DNA of 44,202 nucleotides from sequence record SRR20825010_6742; one strand, 5' to 3'. Shown piece by piece: positions 19,041 to 28,445 of this stretch (position 1 is its first letter; each line of letters starts with the position of its first letter). The notes under the pieces were generated by a model. It saw only the letters and a program-made list of their open reading frames with translations, ran no database searches and was not told where the DNA came from. The position numbers and the translations under genes were made by a program.

Positions 19041-20147
19041 ATGAGTTGTTCTGGTCATCAGATTCTGTTCACGCTCGGTTGCTTGTTCGCGCTGACCAGC
19101 ACCGGCTGCAGCACGCTGGGGCTGTCGCTGTACCCGTCGGGGGCAACGCTTACCAGCGAAGCCAAAGAGGTGCTCGATGCCTCACGAATCCCTGGCGGAA
19201 TCGCTCGAGAGAATGCCAAGCAAGTCCTGCCGCCGCGAGCGTTACAACCCGGTGACGCTCTGTTGATCGAACCCATCAACCTGGAGCGTGACCTGCGGTT
19301 GCCGGCCGACCAAGTTGTCTTGGCGGACGGAACATTGGATCTGGGACCTTACGGACGCGTCATCGTCGCGGGCCGCGACCTCGAGCAAGCAGAATCACTC
19401 ATCGAGCAACAGATCGCTCATCAAATTCGCCAACAAGAATCCGACTGCAAACAATTCACGAGCGAACAAGGTTCCGAGTCGAACCAACCAGAACCGCTGC
19501 CCGAAGATTGCGACTCCATCGCCGTCAACGTTCGACTTCTCGAACCGGTCGATCGCTTTTATGTGCTGGGCGAAGTCAACGCGCCGGGTGCTTATCCGCT
19601 GTCCGGCTCAGAAACCGTGCTCGATGCGATCGTGTCGGCGGGCGGTTTGACGTCCAGCGCCAATCCCTGCCAAATCCTGCTGACACGGCCAACCGATCCC
19701 TGCGAATGCCGCGTCACACTGCCGGTGTGCTACCGCGAAATCGTGCAAATGGGAAACACCGCGACGAACTATCAGATGCAACCCGGCGATCGTGTTTTCG
19801 TCGCGTCGCGAAGCTGCTTGGATGAGCTGATGTTTTGGCGAGGCAGCCGGCCTTGCGAACGTTGTTCCGGATGCAATCGTGCTTGCCGGAACCCCGAGTA
19901 CGTTACCGCCAAACCCATGGCCATGGTTCACGACGCAATGATTCCCCCGGGTAGCGTCGGTTGGATGCGTTTGGCAAACGAAACATCGCAAACGGGTGGT
20001 CTATTGGAACCGGGCAACATGTCGGCGGACCAAGACGCCAGCCTAAGCGACTATCTCAACACGCAAGATGCCCAAGGCAACCAAGGCGGCTCGACCAGCG
20101 ATGCGGATATCGATGGCGAACTCGAATTCGCTCCGCTATCGCAGTAG
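19041..20147 (+). CDS. Polysaccharide biosynthesis/export family (Wza-like, SLBB domain) lipoprotein
   Basis: STG-C lipobox, LQPGD.L.I..V.ADGTLDLGPYGRV.VAG, FYVLGEVNAPGAYPLSGSETVLDAI..AGGL, TNYQMQPGDRVFV; RBS GAGGT upstream. Confidence 0.88.
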   Translation: MSCSGHQILFTLGCLFALTSTGCSTLGLSLYPSGATLTSEAKEVLDASRIPGGIARENAKQVLPPRALQPGDALLIEPINLERDLRLPADQVVLADGTLDLGPYGRVIVAGRDLEQAESLIEQQIAHQIRQQESDCKQFTSEQGSESNQPEPLPEDCDSIAVNVRLLEPVDRFYVLGEVNAPGAYPLSGSETVLDAIVSAGGLTSSANPCQILLTRPTDPCECRVTLPVCYREIVQMGNTATNYQMQPGDRVFVASRSCLDELMFWRGSRPCERCSGCNRACRNPEYVTAKPMAMVHDAMIPPGSVGWMRLANETSQTGGLLEPGNMSADQDASLSDYLNTQDAQGNQGGSTSDADIDGELEFAPLSQ

Positions 20148-20613
20148 CCCGTCGTGACCTGAACGCTGGAACGTCATGCTATGAAAGGTCGGTAAAGCCG
20201 CTGACCGATTCAGCCATCCCGCGTGCTCCTCAGGCGATCACTCCCACCCCAATTCGCGAAGCCTTTGACGAAACGCCTCTCGATCCATCGACGGGTAGAA
20301 CACGACCGGCTGTGCCAGGTTCGGTTGGCAATGGTGAAATCGAATGCCGCGTTTGAAGATTCCAAAGATCGCCGTGTCGCCGAGACCTCGCAAGTTTTCA
20401 CGATCGATCTGAAACGTGTGAAGGGAAGTCCTTAAAACCAGTTTGGTTCGAGTGACAACTAACTTGACGAAAAGCTGCGCTGTGAAATGTCCAGCCCGCA
20501 TCGACCCGCCGAATTCCACTGCGTCATCGGCTTCGTTTGATTCTTGCATCAGCGATCTCCTCGATGCGGTCATCTGGCATTCATTGAAACGGAGCTGAGC
20601 ACAGTCGAATGGA

Positions 20614-22776
20614 TCAGTTCCAAATCGAACGAACTTCTTCCAGCAGGGTTCCGTCCAAGTAAGATACATAGCGTTCGGCTTTATTGTATTCCGCGATCGC
20701 TCGCCAGAAATCAATTTCACAAAGCACGTATTTCTCTCGGCATTGCAGGACCACGTTGGCCGGTGTAGATCCCGCTGCAAACTGCGCCGTCCTGGCACTC
20801 GTTTCGTTGTGAATTGCCACACACTGTTCACGATTGGATTCGTAGAGTTGGTACTGCTGATTCGTTTTTCTGATCGCCTCACTCAGCTTGCTTGTCAACA
20901 ATCGCTTATCTTCCTCTAGCTTCGAATTTTCTCGAGCGATACGAAACGCAGCGTTTCGAATTCTTGCCAGTTCCCGTCTCGATCCAAATGGCGTCTTGGA
21001 ATTTTCTCGTTCGATGATTGTTGACTCGGATCGGGCATGACTTTCCTTGACTTGCTCGAGCGCATCACCGCTACCAACTGGTGTGAGAAAGCGTTCAATG
21101 ACTTCGACGTCAACTTTTTTCGCTAACTCCGCTTTCGCCGCTGCAACTTCCGCTTCCTGTTGCTCGATTCGCGTGCGTGTGTTGCGCAGTTCGGGAATGG
21201 TTTCCATCATCTTTCGAACACTGGCAGCAAACTCATATTGCGTTGGCTCCCGCATCGGATCGTCGATCGGATCAATCACCGTGTCATCCGAGGAAGCCAC
21301 GCCCATCAAATCTCGAAGCATTTTCTCTTGCCCCAGCAGCCCTGCCAGTTCCGGTCCCGCTTCGTTTGTTCCTGAGATGGATTCGTCGAGCTTTGTTTGA
21401 AGTTTCTTCGCGAAGCCTTCGGCTTGTGAGAGCTCTTGAAGTGTGCAAATCCCACGCTCCACACGTTGTTCGATGTCTTCCGCGATAAGCCTCGCTTCTT
21501 CACGTCCTTTCAAGATGGCCGCTGACACCTGATGGGCCGCGTACAAGTCCCAGTATGCGTTCTCGATGTCGCGTGCCAAATTCCGCACGAGGACCTCACG
21601 CGAAACGTCATCCAACTTGGTCAGGTCTGGGTTCTGCTCGAACCGATTCTGAATCGCGATCGAGATGCACTCATCCAGCTTGAGCTTCCAGCGTTCCTGT
21701 TCGAGATATGTAACGGTCGTGCTCGCGTCCTCTGTTTCTTCCGTCGATTCCAATACAGAGACTGCTTCGGGCAGCGGAGCCACTGGCGGCTCAATCGCAA
21801 CGGCAACGGAAGCCGGATTTTCGACCATCGCTGGTGCGAGCAACAAGACGAAAGCAATCGCAGCGACCAAAGCCCCGGACGCAAGTGAGGCCACGGGCGA
21901 GCAACCCAAGGAGGGTTCCACGTCGAGCGACAACCGGCGAATCCGCCGCAGCAAATCCCCGTCCTGAGCCGCCAAAGTAAATGCCGACTTCGGTGGGCGC
22001 GAAGTTTCCAATTTCAACAGAGCCCGGCAGTAGTTCAAACGTTCTTCGCGTGATTCACTGACGCTGTCATCACAGCAAAATTCTCGGGAAACATGGATCT
22101 CTCGCGACAGCCACCAAACCGCCGGGTGGTAGAAGAAGACGGTCTCCATCAGAACCTGGATTGCATTGACGAAACAATCGTGACGTCGCACGTGCAACAA
22201 CTCATGAACGATCAACAGATCCAATTCCTGAGGGGACAAGGTTGTTAGCATCGAAACCGGCACCAACACGATCGGCCGAAGCCATCCCGTTACCATCGGG
22301 CTGCTGTGAGATGAGACCAGCTTGAATTGAACAACGCGTCGCACGCCGACTCGGTTCAATGCTCGCTCAATCGATATTGCCAAATGATCCGGGATCTCAC
22401 CGGTTGCATCTCGCAACAGTTTTCTCTGCGACCACCAACCCAAGATCGGTCGAATCGAAAAGATCGCCATCCCAATCAGCCAACCGATTACCAACACCTG
22501 CAAATGCCAACCCGTCTCGAAGCTCAAACGGATTGGTAGGTTGCTCAGCATGGTCGCAGGTTCGGCTGACCTCGAGAGCATGAACCATGTGGTCATCGGA
22601 CACAGTCCCATCGCCAGCATTCTCACACAAGCCAAACGATGACGTTGCCTCGGCGAAACCGGCGGCAAAGAACGGATCGCGGTGACGCTAATCGCGATGA
22701 TTGAGAATTGCCAAACGCTGTTGAGCAACACCCATCCCAGTTGCGTTGCCCAAGTTAATTCCATCCAACTATTCAT
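20614..22776 (-). CDS. BlaR1-type M56 metallopeptidase fused to a C-terminal TolC/OEP-like helical domain
   Basis: TM helices, SPMVTGWLRPIVLVP, HELLH zinc motif (22192-22206), FFYHPAVWW, REFCCDD, LLRRIRRL; from aa ~363 LDECISIAIQN, RDIENAYWDL, PFGSRRELARIRNA and GTLLE resemble planctomycete TolC proteins; overlaps BlaI stop by 8 nt. Confidence 0.82.
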   Translation of the reverse strand: MNSWMELTWATQLGWVLLNSVWQFSIIAISVTAIRSLPPVSPRQRHRLACVRMLAMGLCPMTTWFMLSRSAEPATMLSNLPIRLSFETGWHLQVLVIGWLIGMAIFSIRPILGWWSQRKLLRDATGEIPDHLAISIERALNRVGVRRVVQFKLVSSHSSPMVTGWLRPIVLVPVSMLTTLSPQELDLLIVHELLHVRRHDCFVNAIQVLMETVFFYHPAVWWLSREIHVSREFCCDDSVSESREERLNYCRALLKLETSRPPKSAFTLAAQDGDLLRRIRRLSLDVEPSLGCSPVASLASGALVAAIAFVLLLAPAMVENPASVAVAIEPPVAPLPEAVSVLESTEETEDASTTVTYLEQERWKLKLDECISIAIQNRFEQNPDLTKLDDVSREVLVRNLARDIENAYWDLYAAHQVSAAILKGREEARLIAEDIEQRVERGICTLQELSQAEGFAKKLQTKLDESISGTNEAGPELAGLLGQEKMLRDLMGVASSDDTVIDPIDDPMREPTQYEFAASVRKMMETIPELRNTRTRIEQQEAEVAAAKAELAKKVDVEVIERFLTPVGSGDALEQVKESHARSESTIIERENSKTPFGSRRELARIRNAAFRIARENSKLEEDKRLLTSKLSEAIRKTNQQYQLYESNREQCVAIHNETSARTAQFAAGSTPANVVLQCREKYVLCEIDFWRAIAEYNKAERYVSYLDGTLLEEVRSIWN

Positions 22777-23182
22777 CGTTGCGGTTCTCCATTTCAGTAA
22801 GGATCTGACGAATTTCTTCGATATCGCTTTGGCTTGCCTTGCTGTTCGAAAGTGCGTTGAGAACCAAACTCGACACGGAGCCCTCGAACACCTTGGTAGC
22901 CAGATCTTTTAGCAAGCCCTTGCCCATTCGCTCACGACTCCAAGCCGCTCGGTAAAGGTGAGGACGTTGGGATTCGTTACGCTTGACCAATCCCTTCCCC
23001 AGCATGACCGACAGCATCTTCATCGTGGTCGAATAGTTGGTGCCCTTTTCACGATGTAGATGTTCGTGAATGACGCCAACGCCGCAGGATCCGTTTGCCC
23101 ACAAGATCCGCAAAATTTGCAGTTCGACGTCGGTCGGTGAAGGAACGGCAGAACGAGTCATCTCAGATCCGGGAAGCGTCAT
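22769..23182 (-). CDS. BlaI/MecI/CopY family transcriptional repressor
   Basis: PTDVELQILRILW..V..IHE..YSTTMKML.VM..KGLVKR..RPHLYRA..VFEGS.SSLV..EEIRQIL. Confidence 0.95.
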   Translation of the reverse strand: MTLPGSEMTRSAVPSPTDVELQILRILWANGSCGVGVIHEHLHREKGTNYSTTMKMLSVMLGKGLVKRNESQRPHLYRAAWSRERMGKGLLKDLATKVFEGSVSSLVLNALSNSKASQSDIEEIRQILTEMENRNDE

Positions 23183-23186
23183 CGAA

Positions 23187-23233
23187 TAGCGAAGTCTTTC
23201 GCTACATTAAGGCGAAAGCTTTCGCTATGTCAA
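23187..23233 (-). promoter_or_regulatory. Sigma70-like promoter of the BlaI/M56 operon overlapped by two palindromic operators
   Basis: Minus strand TTGACA (23228-23233), 18 bp, TAATGT (23204-23209); palindromes TAGCGAA-GTCT-TTCGCTA (23187-23204) and GCGAAAGCTTTCGC (23212-23225). Confidence 0.8.
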
Positions 23234-23556
23234 GTGACGCTGCCAATCGACGATGATCGTCGATGTTTCATCTGAGCCGACAGCCGTCCGTCATCCACTC
23301 AACTGAACGCTTGACACGAAGCTCGAAGCAAATCGCCGAGCGGGATCTCTCGGTGTAATCGTTCTTGAGACTCACTTCGGTATTATTTGCCACGTGTTGA
23401 AAACGGTTTCATCACGAAAACGATGACATATTCGATCGGCACACATTTGTTCGATCTCGCGCTCGCCGCGTTGAGCAGCGTCGAGGCGGATTCCAAAGTA
23501 TCATGCGGGCGACACACTCCCCTTCATCCCGCCTGTGACGCTCACTCAAGCCGACA

Positions 23557-24981
23557 ATGAACCTCCCATCGCGAATTTCGTTTCTTTGTTTCGCATTCAC
23601 TCTCGCGGTTCCGGCGACGCAATCGATCGCGGAAACCACTGACACGAATTCGCCCAACGTCATTTTGCTGATGAGCGACGATCAAGGATGGGGAGATGTC
23701 GGGTTCAACGGCAACGAGGTCGTGCAGACACCAAACCTGGATGCGATGGCCTCAGCCGGGGTGCGTTTCGATCGCTTCTACGCCGCCGCTCCGCTTTGCT
23801 CACCCACCCGAGGCAGCTGCCTGACCGGACGCTACCCATTTCGCTTTGGAATCCTAGCCGCCCACACCGGCGGCATGCGTGTGGGAGAAATCACGATCGC
23901 TGAAATGCTCCAAAAGCGAGGCTATGCGACTGGCATGTTCGGCAAATGGCACATCGGATGGGTGAATCCCGACGAAGTCAGCACACGCGGTTTCTATTCA
24001 CCTCCATCACATCATGGTTTTGATGAATACTTTGCTACAACCAGCGCGGTGCCAACGTGGGATCCAACGATCACACCACAAGACTGGGACAGCTGGGGTA
24101 ACGGACCGGGCGAACCCTGGAAAGGTGGTTTCCCCTACGTTCACAACGGACGCGAGGCAAAAGAAAATCTTTCGGGCGACGACAGCCGCGTCATCATGGA
24201 TCGCGTCATCCCATTCATCGAAGCCAACCAAGCCAAACCATTTTTTGCCACGGTCTGGTTCCATGCTCCTCACGAACCCGTCGTCGCGGGCGAAGAGTTC
24301 AAAAAGCTGTATCCCAAAGCGGGCAGCAAACGGAAGAACTACTACGGATGCATCACGGCAATGGACCAACAAGTCGGCCGCCTGCGTGCCAAGCTGCGTG
24401 AACTGGGCATCGAGAAAAACACGGTTGTTTTCTTCTGCAGTGACAATGGACCGTCGGACGGATTGGCCAAGAAGGGCGTTGCATCCGCCGGACCTTTCAA
24501 AGGGCATAAACACACGATGTACGAAGGCGGGCTGTTGGTACCCGCATGTGCGGAGTGGCCAGGCACGATCCCAGCGGGAACCTCCACCGAAGTGCGATGC
24601 AGTACGGTCGATTTCCTGCCAACGGTTGCCTCCATCGTTGGTGACTCGATGGTGCAAAAAGCAACCCGGCCGATCGATGGCATCGACCTGATGCCGTTGA
24701 TCCGTGGCGAAGCAAAAGATCGAGACCGAGATCTATTCTTTGGCTATCGACGATTGTACCAGGGAATCGATGGGCAATCGATCATTTCCGGCGACTGGAA
24801 ACTGCTTCAGGAAGCCAAGAAAAATGGACGGTTGCGGCTGTATGATCTTTCGAAAGATCCGTTCGAGACTCAAGACCTCTCCGAGGAAATGCCTGAGCAA
24901 ACCGAGCAACTTCGCAAGCAACTCGAGGAACTTCAGGCAAGTTGCCAACGAAGCCGCGACGGTGGCGACTACCGGTATTGA
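23557..24981 (+). CDS. Sulfatase (S1, Cys-type)
   Basis: PNVILLMSDDQG, CSPTRGSCLTGR, GKWHIG, FCSDNG, YEGG; signal peptide. Confidence 0.95.
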   Translation: MNLPSRISFLCFAFTLAVPATQSIAETTDTNSPNVILLMSDDQGWGDVGFNGNEVVQTPNLDAMASAGVRFDRFYAAAPLCSPTRGSCLTGRYPFRFGILAAHTGGMRVGEITIAEMLQKRGYATGMFGKWHIGWVNPDEVSTRGFYSPPSHHGFDEYFATTSAVPTWDPTITPQDWDSWGNGPGEPWKGGFPYVHNGREAKENLSGDDSRVIMDRVIPFIEANQAKPFFATVWFHAPHEPVVAGEEFKKLYPKAGSKRKNYYGCITAMDQQVGRLRAKLRELGIEKNTVVFFCSDNGPSDGLAKKGVASAGPFKGHKHTMYEGGLLVPACAEWPGTIPAGTSTEVRCSTVDFLPTVASIVGDSMVQKATRPIDGIDLMPLIRGEAKDRDRDLFFGYRRLYQGIDGQSIISGDWKLLQEAKKNGRLRLYDLSKDPFETQDLSEEMPEQTEQLRKQLEELQASCQRSRDGGDYRY

Positions 24982-25112
24982 GAAACGTATCCAGGCCGTC
25001 GTGGAGACAACAGTTTCCTGCCTCCAACCAAAAATTTTACAGATGCCAACCAGCTATCGGATGAGACCGAATGCTGGGCAGTATTGAAACCGTCCAACCC
25101 AAAGCGACTGAA

Positions 25113-27314
25113 ATGCCTTCGTCTCTTTCCGCAATTTCATTCCGTGCAGCGGTGATGCTCGCATGCTTGTCGACGCATGCCGTCGGCCTCGCCGATCATC
25201 ATGACGTCTACTTACTTGCCGGTCAGTCCAACATGGATGGACGAGGTCAGGTCAGCGACCTGTCAGAGGAGCAGAAACAATCAACGGGCGATGCAATCAT
25301 CTTCTATCGTAGTGTCCCTCGTGAGAGCGACGGTTGGCAAACGTTAGCCCCCGGTTTCAGCGTTCCCCCGAAGTACAAGGGAGATCTGCCATCGCCGACG
25401 TTCGGACCAGAGATTGGTTTCGCGCGGTCGATGTCAAACGCCAATCCAAATCAAAAACTAGCGTTGATCAAAGGTTCCAAAGGTGGCACCAGTTTGCGAG
25501 CCGATTGGAAACCTGGCGTGCAAGGAGACCCCAAAAGCCAAGGCCCACGCTATCGCGACTTCATTGAAACCATACGCATGGCAACAAAGCAACTGAGCGA
25601 TCGCGGCGACCAGTTCACCATCCGCGGGCTGCTGTGGCATCAAGGCGAATCAGATTCGAAATCCAGCACCGAACGGTACCGACGACGATTGGAAGAATTG
25701 ATCGTGCGAATTCGCGAAGACGTAGGTGTACCGGACCTGCCCGTCGTCGTTGGTGAAGTCTTCGACAATGGCAAACGCGACAATGTCCGCGCCGCAATCC
25801 AGGCGGTCGCCGCGGCCAGTTCCACGGTGGGACTTGTCTCGTCGGAGGGCACCACCACCTGGGATCCCGGCACGCACTTCGACGCCCGCAGCCAACTGCT
25901 GTTGGGAAAACGATACGCAGTTGCCATGAGTGAACTGCCCGTTCCCACGCCCGCATCGGTTGCCGTTTCATCGAACTTGGTGCAGCACCGAACAGACCGC
26001 CCCAATGTCTTGTTCATCACTGTGGACGATCTAAACGACTGGGTCGGTTGTCTCGGAGGCAATCCAGACGCGCAAACTCCCAACTTGGATCGCTTCGCTC
26101 AGCAAAGTGTTTTGTTCAACAACGCACATTGCCAAGTTGCACTCTGCTACGCGTCGCGAGCATCGTTCATGACCGGAATGTACGCTTCGAAAACCGGCAT
26201 CTACAACAACTCGTCGAAGTCCGCCCATGACGCTTACCACCGAGCCAAACAGATGCCCGTGTGGATTGGCGAGTCTGGTTACCGAACCATGTGCATGGGA
26301 AAGATCTACCACAACGACCATGGTAAGAAAGCCTATTGGGATGAGATCGGACCGAAGACGTTGCGTTGGGGACCGGAACCTCCAAACGGTCGACAATTTA
26401 CAAAACGTTTCGGCAAAGACGCTCAAGACTCCTTGGCTTGGGCGGCGTTGGACATCGAAAAGGGCGGCATGCCCGACGAACAGATCGCGGCTTGGGGAAT
26501 CGAAAAACTAGACCAAGAATACGATCAGCCTTTCTTTCTGTCGCTCGGTTTTTACAAGCCACACACACCGATGACGGCTCCAAAACGTTATTTCGAACAA
26601 TTCGATCGAGATAGCCTGACTCTGCCGAACGTATTGGAGAACGACTTGGATGATGTGCCGGAAATCGGACGCCGCTGGGTGCTCGACCGCAGCAAACTGA
26701 TCGCGGAAGAAGCGGTCAAACAATACAGCCCAACCTACCGACGAGAACTTGTTCACGCTTACCATGCCTGTGTCGCATTGATCGACGACTGCATTGGCCA
26801 AGTGCTCCGCAAATTAGACAACAGCCCCTACGCAAACAACACGATCGTTGTCCTGTGTTCAGATCACGGTTGGCATCTCGGTGAAAAGAATCACTGGCGT
26901 AAATGGATGCCCTGGGAAGAATCAACCCGCAGTCTTTTGATCGTGCGAACTCCTGACGCGGCTGGATCAGGACAGGTCTGCCAGCGAACTGTCGGCTTGA
27001 TCGACATCTACCCAACCCTCGCAGAACTCTGCGAATTATCGCCTCCTGACGGGCTGCAAGGACTGAGCTTCCGAAAGCTGCTCGACAATCCAGACGGCCC
27101 CTGGGATCGCCCCGCACTGACGTCCACCAAAGCGGGCAACCACACGGTTCGCTCCGACCGTTGGCGTTACATTCGTTACATCGACGGATCGGAAGAACTC
27201 TATGATCACGACGTCGATCCAAACGAGTGGCACAATTTGGCGAATGACCCATCGATGAATTCCATTAAGAAACAACATGCGGAATGGATCGACCGCCTTA
27301 CGGAATCAAACTGA
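25113..27314 (+). CDS. Fusion: SASA/DUF303 (sialate O-acetylesterase-like SGNH) domain + sulfatase (iduronate-2-sulfatase-like)
   Basis: LLAGQSNM, GPEIGF, WHQGESD, THFD esterase motifs; then PNVLFITVDDLN, CYASRASFMTG, GFYKPHTP, SDHGWHLGEK; likely start ATG 25113. Confidence 0.9.
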   Translation: MPSSLSAISFRAAVMLACLSTHAVGLADHHDVYLLAGQSNMDGRGQVSDLSEEQKQSTGDAIIFYRSVPRESDGWQTLAPGFSVPPKYKGDLPSPTFGPEIGFARSMSNANPNQKLALIKGSKGGTSLRADWKPGVQGDPKSQGPRYRDFIETIRMATKQLSDRGDQFTIRGLLWHQGESDSKSSTERYRRRLEELIVRIREDVGVPDLPVVVGEVFDNGKRDNVRAAIQAVAAASSTVGLVSSEGTTTWDPGTHFDARSQLLLGKRYAVAMSELPVPTPASVAVSSNLVQHRTDRPNVLFITVDDLNDWVGCLGGNPDAQTPNLDRFAQQSVLFNNAHCQVALCYASRASFMTGMYASKTGIYNNSSKSAHDAYHRAKQMPVWIGESGYRTMCMGKIYHNDHGKKAYWDEIGPKTLRWGPEPPNGRQFTKRFGKDAQDSLAWAALDIEKGGMPDEQIAAWGIEKLDQEYDQPFFLSLGFYKPHTPMTAPKRYFEQFDRDSLTLPNVLENDLDDVPEIGRRWVLDRSKLIAEEAVKQYSPTYRRELVHAYHACVALIDDCIGQVLRKLDNSPYANNTIVVLCSDHGWHLGEKNHWRKWMPWEESTRSLLIVRTPDAAGSGQVCQRTVGLIDIYPTLAELCELSPPDGLQGLSFRKLLDNPDGPWDRPALTSTKAGNHTVRSDRWRYIRYIDGSEELYDHDVDPNEWHNLANDPSMNSIKKQHAEWIDRLTESN

Positions 27315-27384
27315 CTCGACCGAGTCGACATCCGCAATACGTTTCTCGCCCTACGCAAACTTCCCCAACACCGATCGCGACGAC

Positions 27385-28320
27385 ATGAAACCACAACTCG
27401 TTCTTGTAACTTCCCTCCTTTGCTTCACCGCCAACATGGTGGTGGCGCAAGACGTCACTCACAGTTTTCTGGCGTGCGGCCAGAAGACATACATCATGGG
27501 GGCCGATGGGGAAGCAAGCTGGACATATCCGTCCGCCACTCGCGATGGTTACGTGCTCGACGACGGCACAATCATTTTGACGTTGAACAAATCCAAACGT
27601 CATCGTGGAGGAGCCGTCGTTCGCATCGCTCCCGATGGAAAGGAGACATTGATTTGGAAAGGCACCCAAAGCGAAGTCAACAGTGCCCACCCAACCGCCG
27701 ACGGAACGTTTGTCATCACGGAAGCGGGCGACAACCCCAGACTGCTCGAGATCAGCAGCACCGGAAAGGTGATTCTCGAATTCCCGCTCGCGTGTCAAAA
27801 GAAAAATCATCACATGCAAACACGCATGGCTCGCAAACTTGCCGATGGCACCTATCTTGCCCCGCACCTTTTCGACTTTGCCGTGTTCCACTATTCGCCT
27901 GAAGGTGAGGTCCTGGGCAAATTGGACACCACCGTTCCAGGCGACAACGATCACGAAATTCACACTTGGCCGTTCACCGCGATTCGCCATGGCGAGGGAC
28001 AGACACTCGTCTGCTGCACTCATGGCAATCGAGTGATCGACTTTGACTCAGACGGCAACGTGGTCTGGACGTTGACCAACGAGGACCTTCCCGGCAAATG
28101 GCTGCAAGATCCTTGTGGAGCTCAATTGCTTCCCAATGGCAACCTTGTCATCACCAGCTACGCCGGCGGGCGAGCGGATGTGAATGCCCCAAAACTGTTT
28201 GAAGTGACACGAGACAAAGAAGTGGTGTGGACCTACAGCGACGGACAAAAGGTTGGTATCCACCACTTCCAAATCCTCACCACCAACGGGGAAGAAATCG
28301 CAGGGCCGGTGCTCAAGTAA
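27385..28320 (+). CDS. Secreted beta-propeller protein of unknown function
   Basis: Signal peptide; repeated L.DG..L / G.V.W blades (QLLPNGNLVI, EVTRDKEVVW); start ATG 27385. Confidence 0.7.
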   Translation: MKPQLVLVTSLLCFTANMVVAQDVTHSFLACGQKTYIMGADGEASWTYPSATRDGYVLDDGTIILTLNKSKRHRGGAVVRIAPDGKETLIWKGTQSEVNSAHPTADGTFVITEAGDNPRLLEISSTGKVILEFPLACQKKNHHMQTRMARKLADGTYLAPHLFDFAVFHYSPEGEVLGKLDTTVPGDNDHEIHTWPFTAIRHGEGQTLVCCTHGNRVIDFDSDGNVVWTLTNEDLPGKWLQDPCGAQLLPNGNLVITSYAGGRADVNAPKLFEVTRDKEVVWTYSDGQKVGIHHFQILTTNGEEIAGPVLK

Positions 28321-28445
28321 GTGGCATCGGCTTCCAGCCTGTGATTGCACGAAGGCCCCGAACACGCATACACCCGTGCACCCAAACATCCAACGCAGCG
28401 ATCCCCAAACATTCCTGCTCGCCCAGTAACACCGATCGATCTTCC

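Noticed and set aside
20223-20435. Small plus-strand ORF after the Wza-like gene (TTG 20265, C-rich leader)
   Set aside because: No recognisable motif; cannot be told from chance without homology or Ribo-seq data.
20614-23182. Beta-lactam resistance locus
   Set aside because: No beta-lactamase or penicillin-binding sensor domain; only the regulatory families are shared.
23351-23360. GTGTAA as a shared ECF -35 element (also near 32273 and 34993 minus)
   Set aside because: No consistent -10 element at fixed spacing; a 6-mer is too weak.
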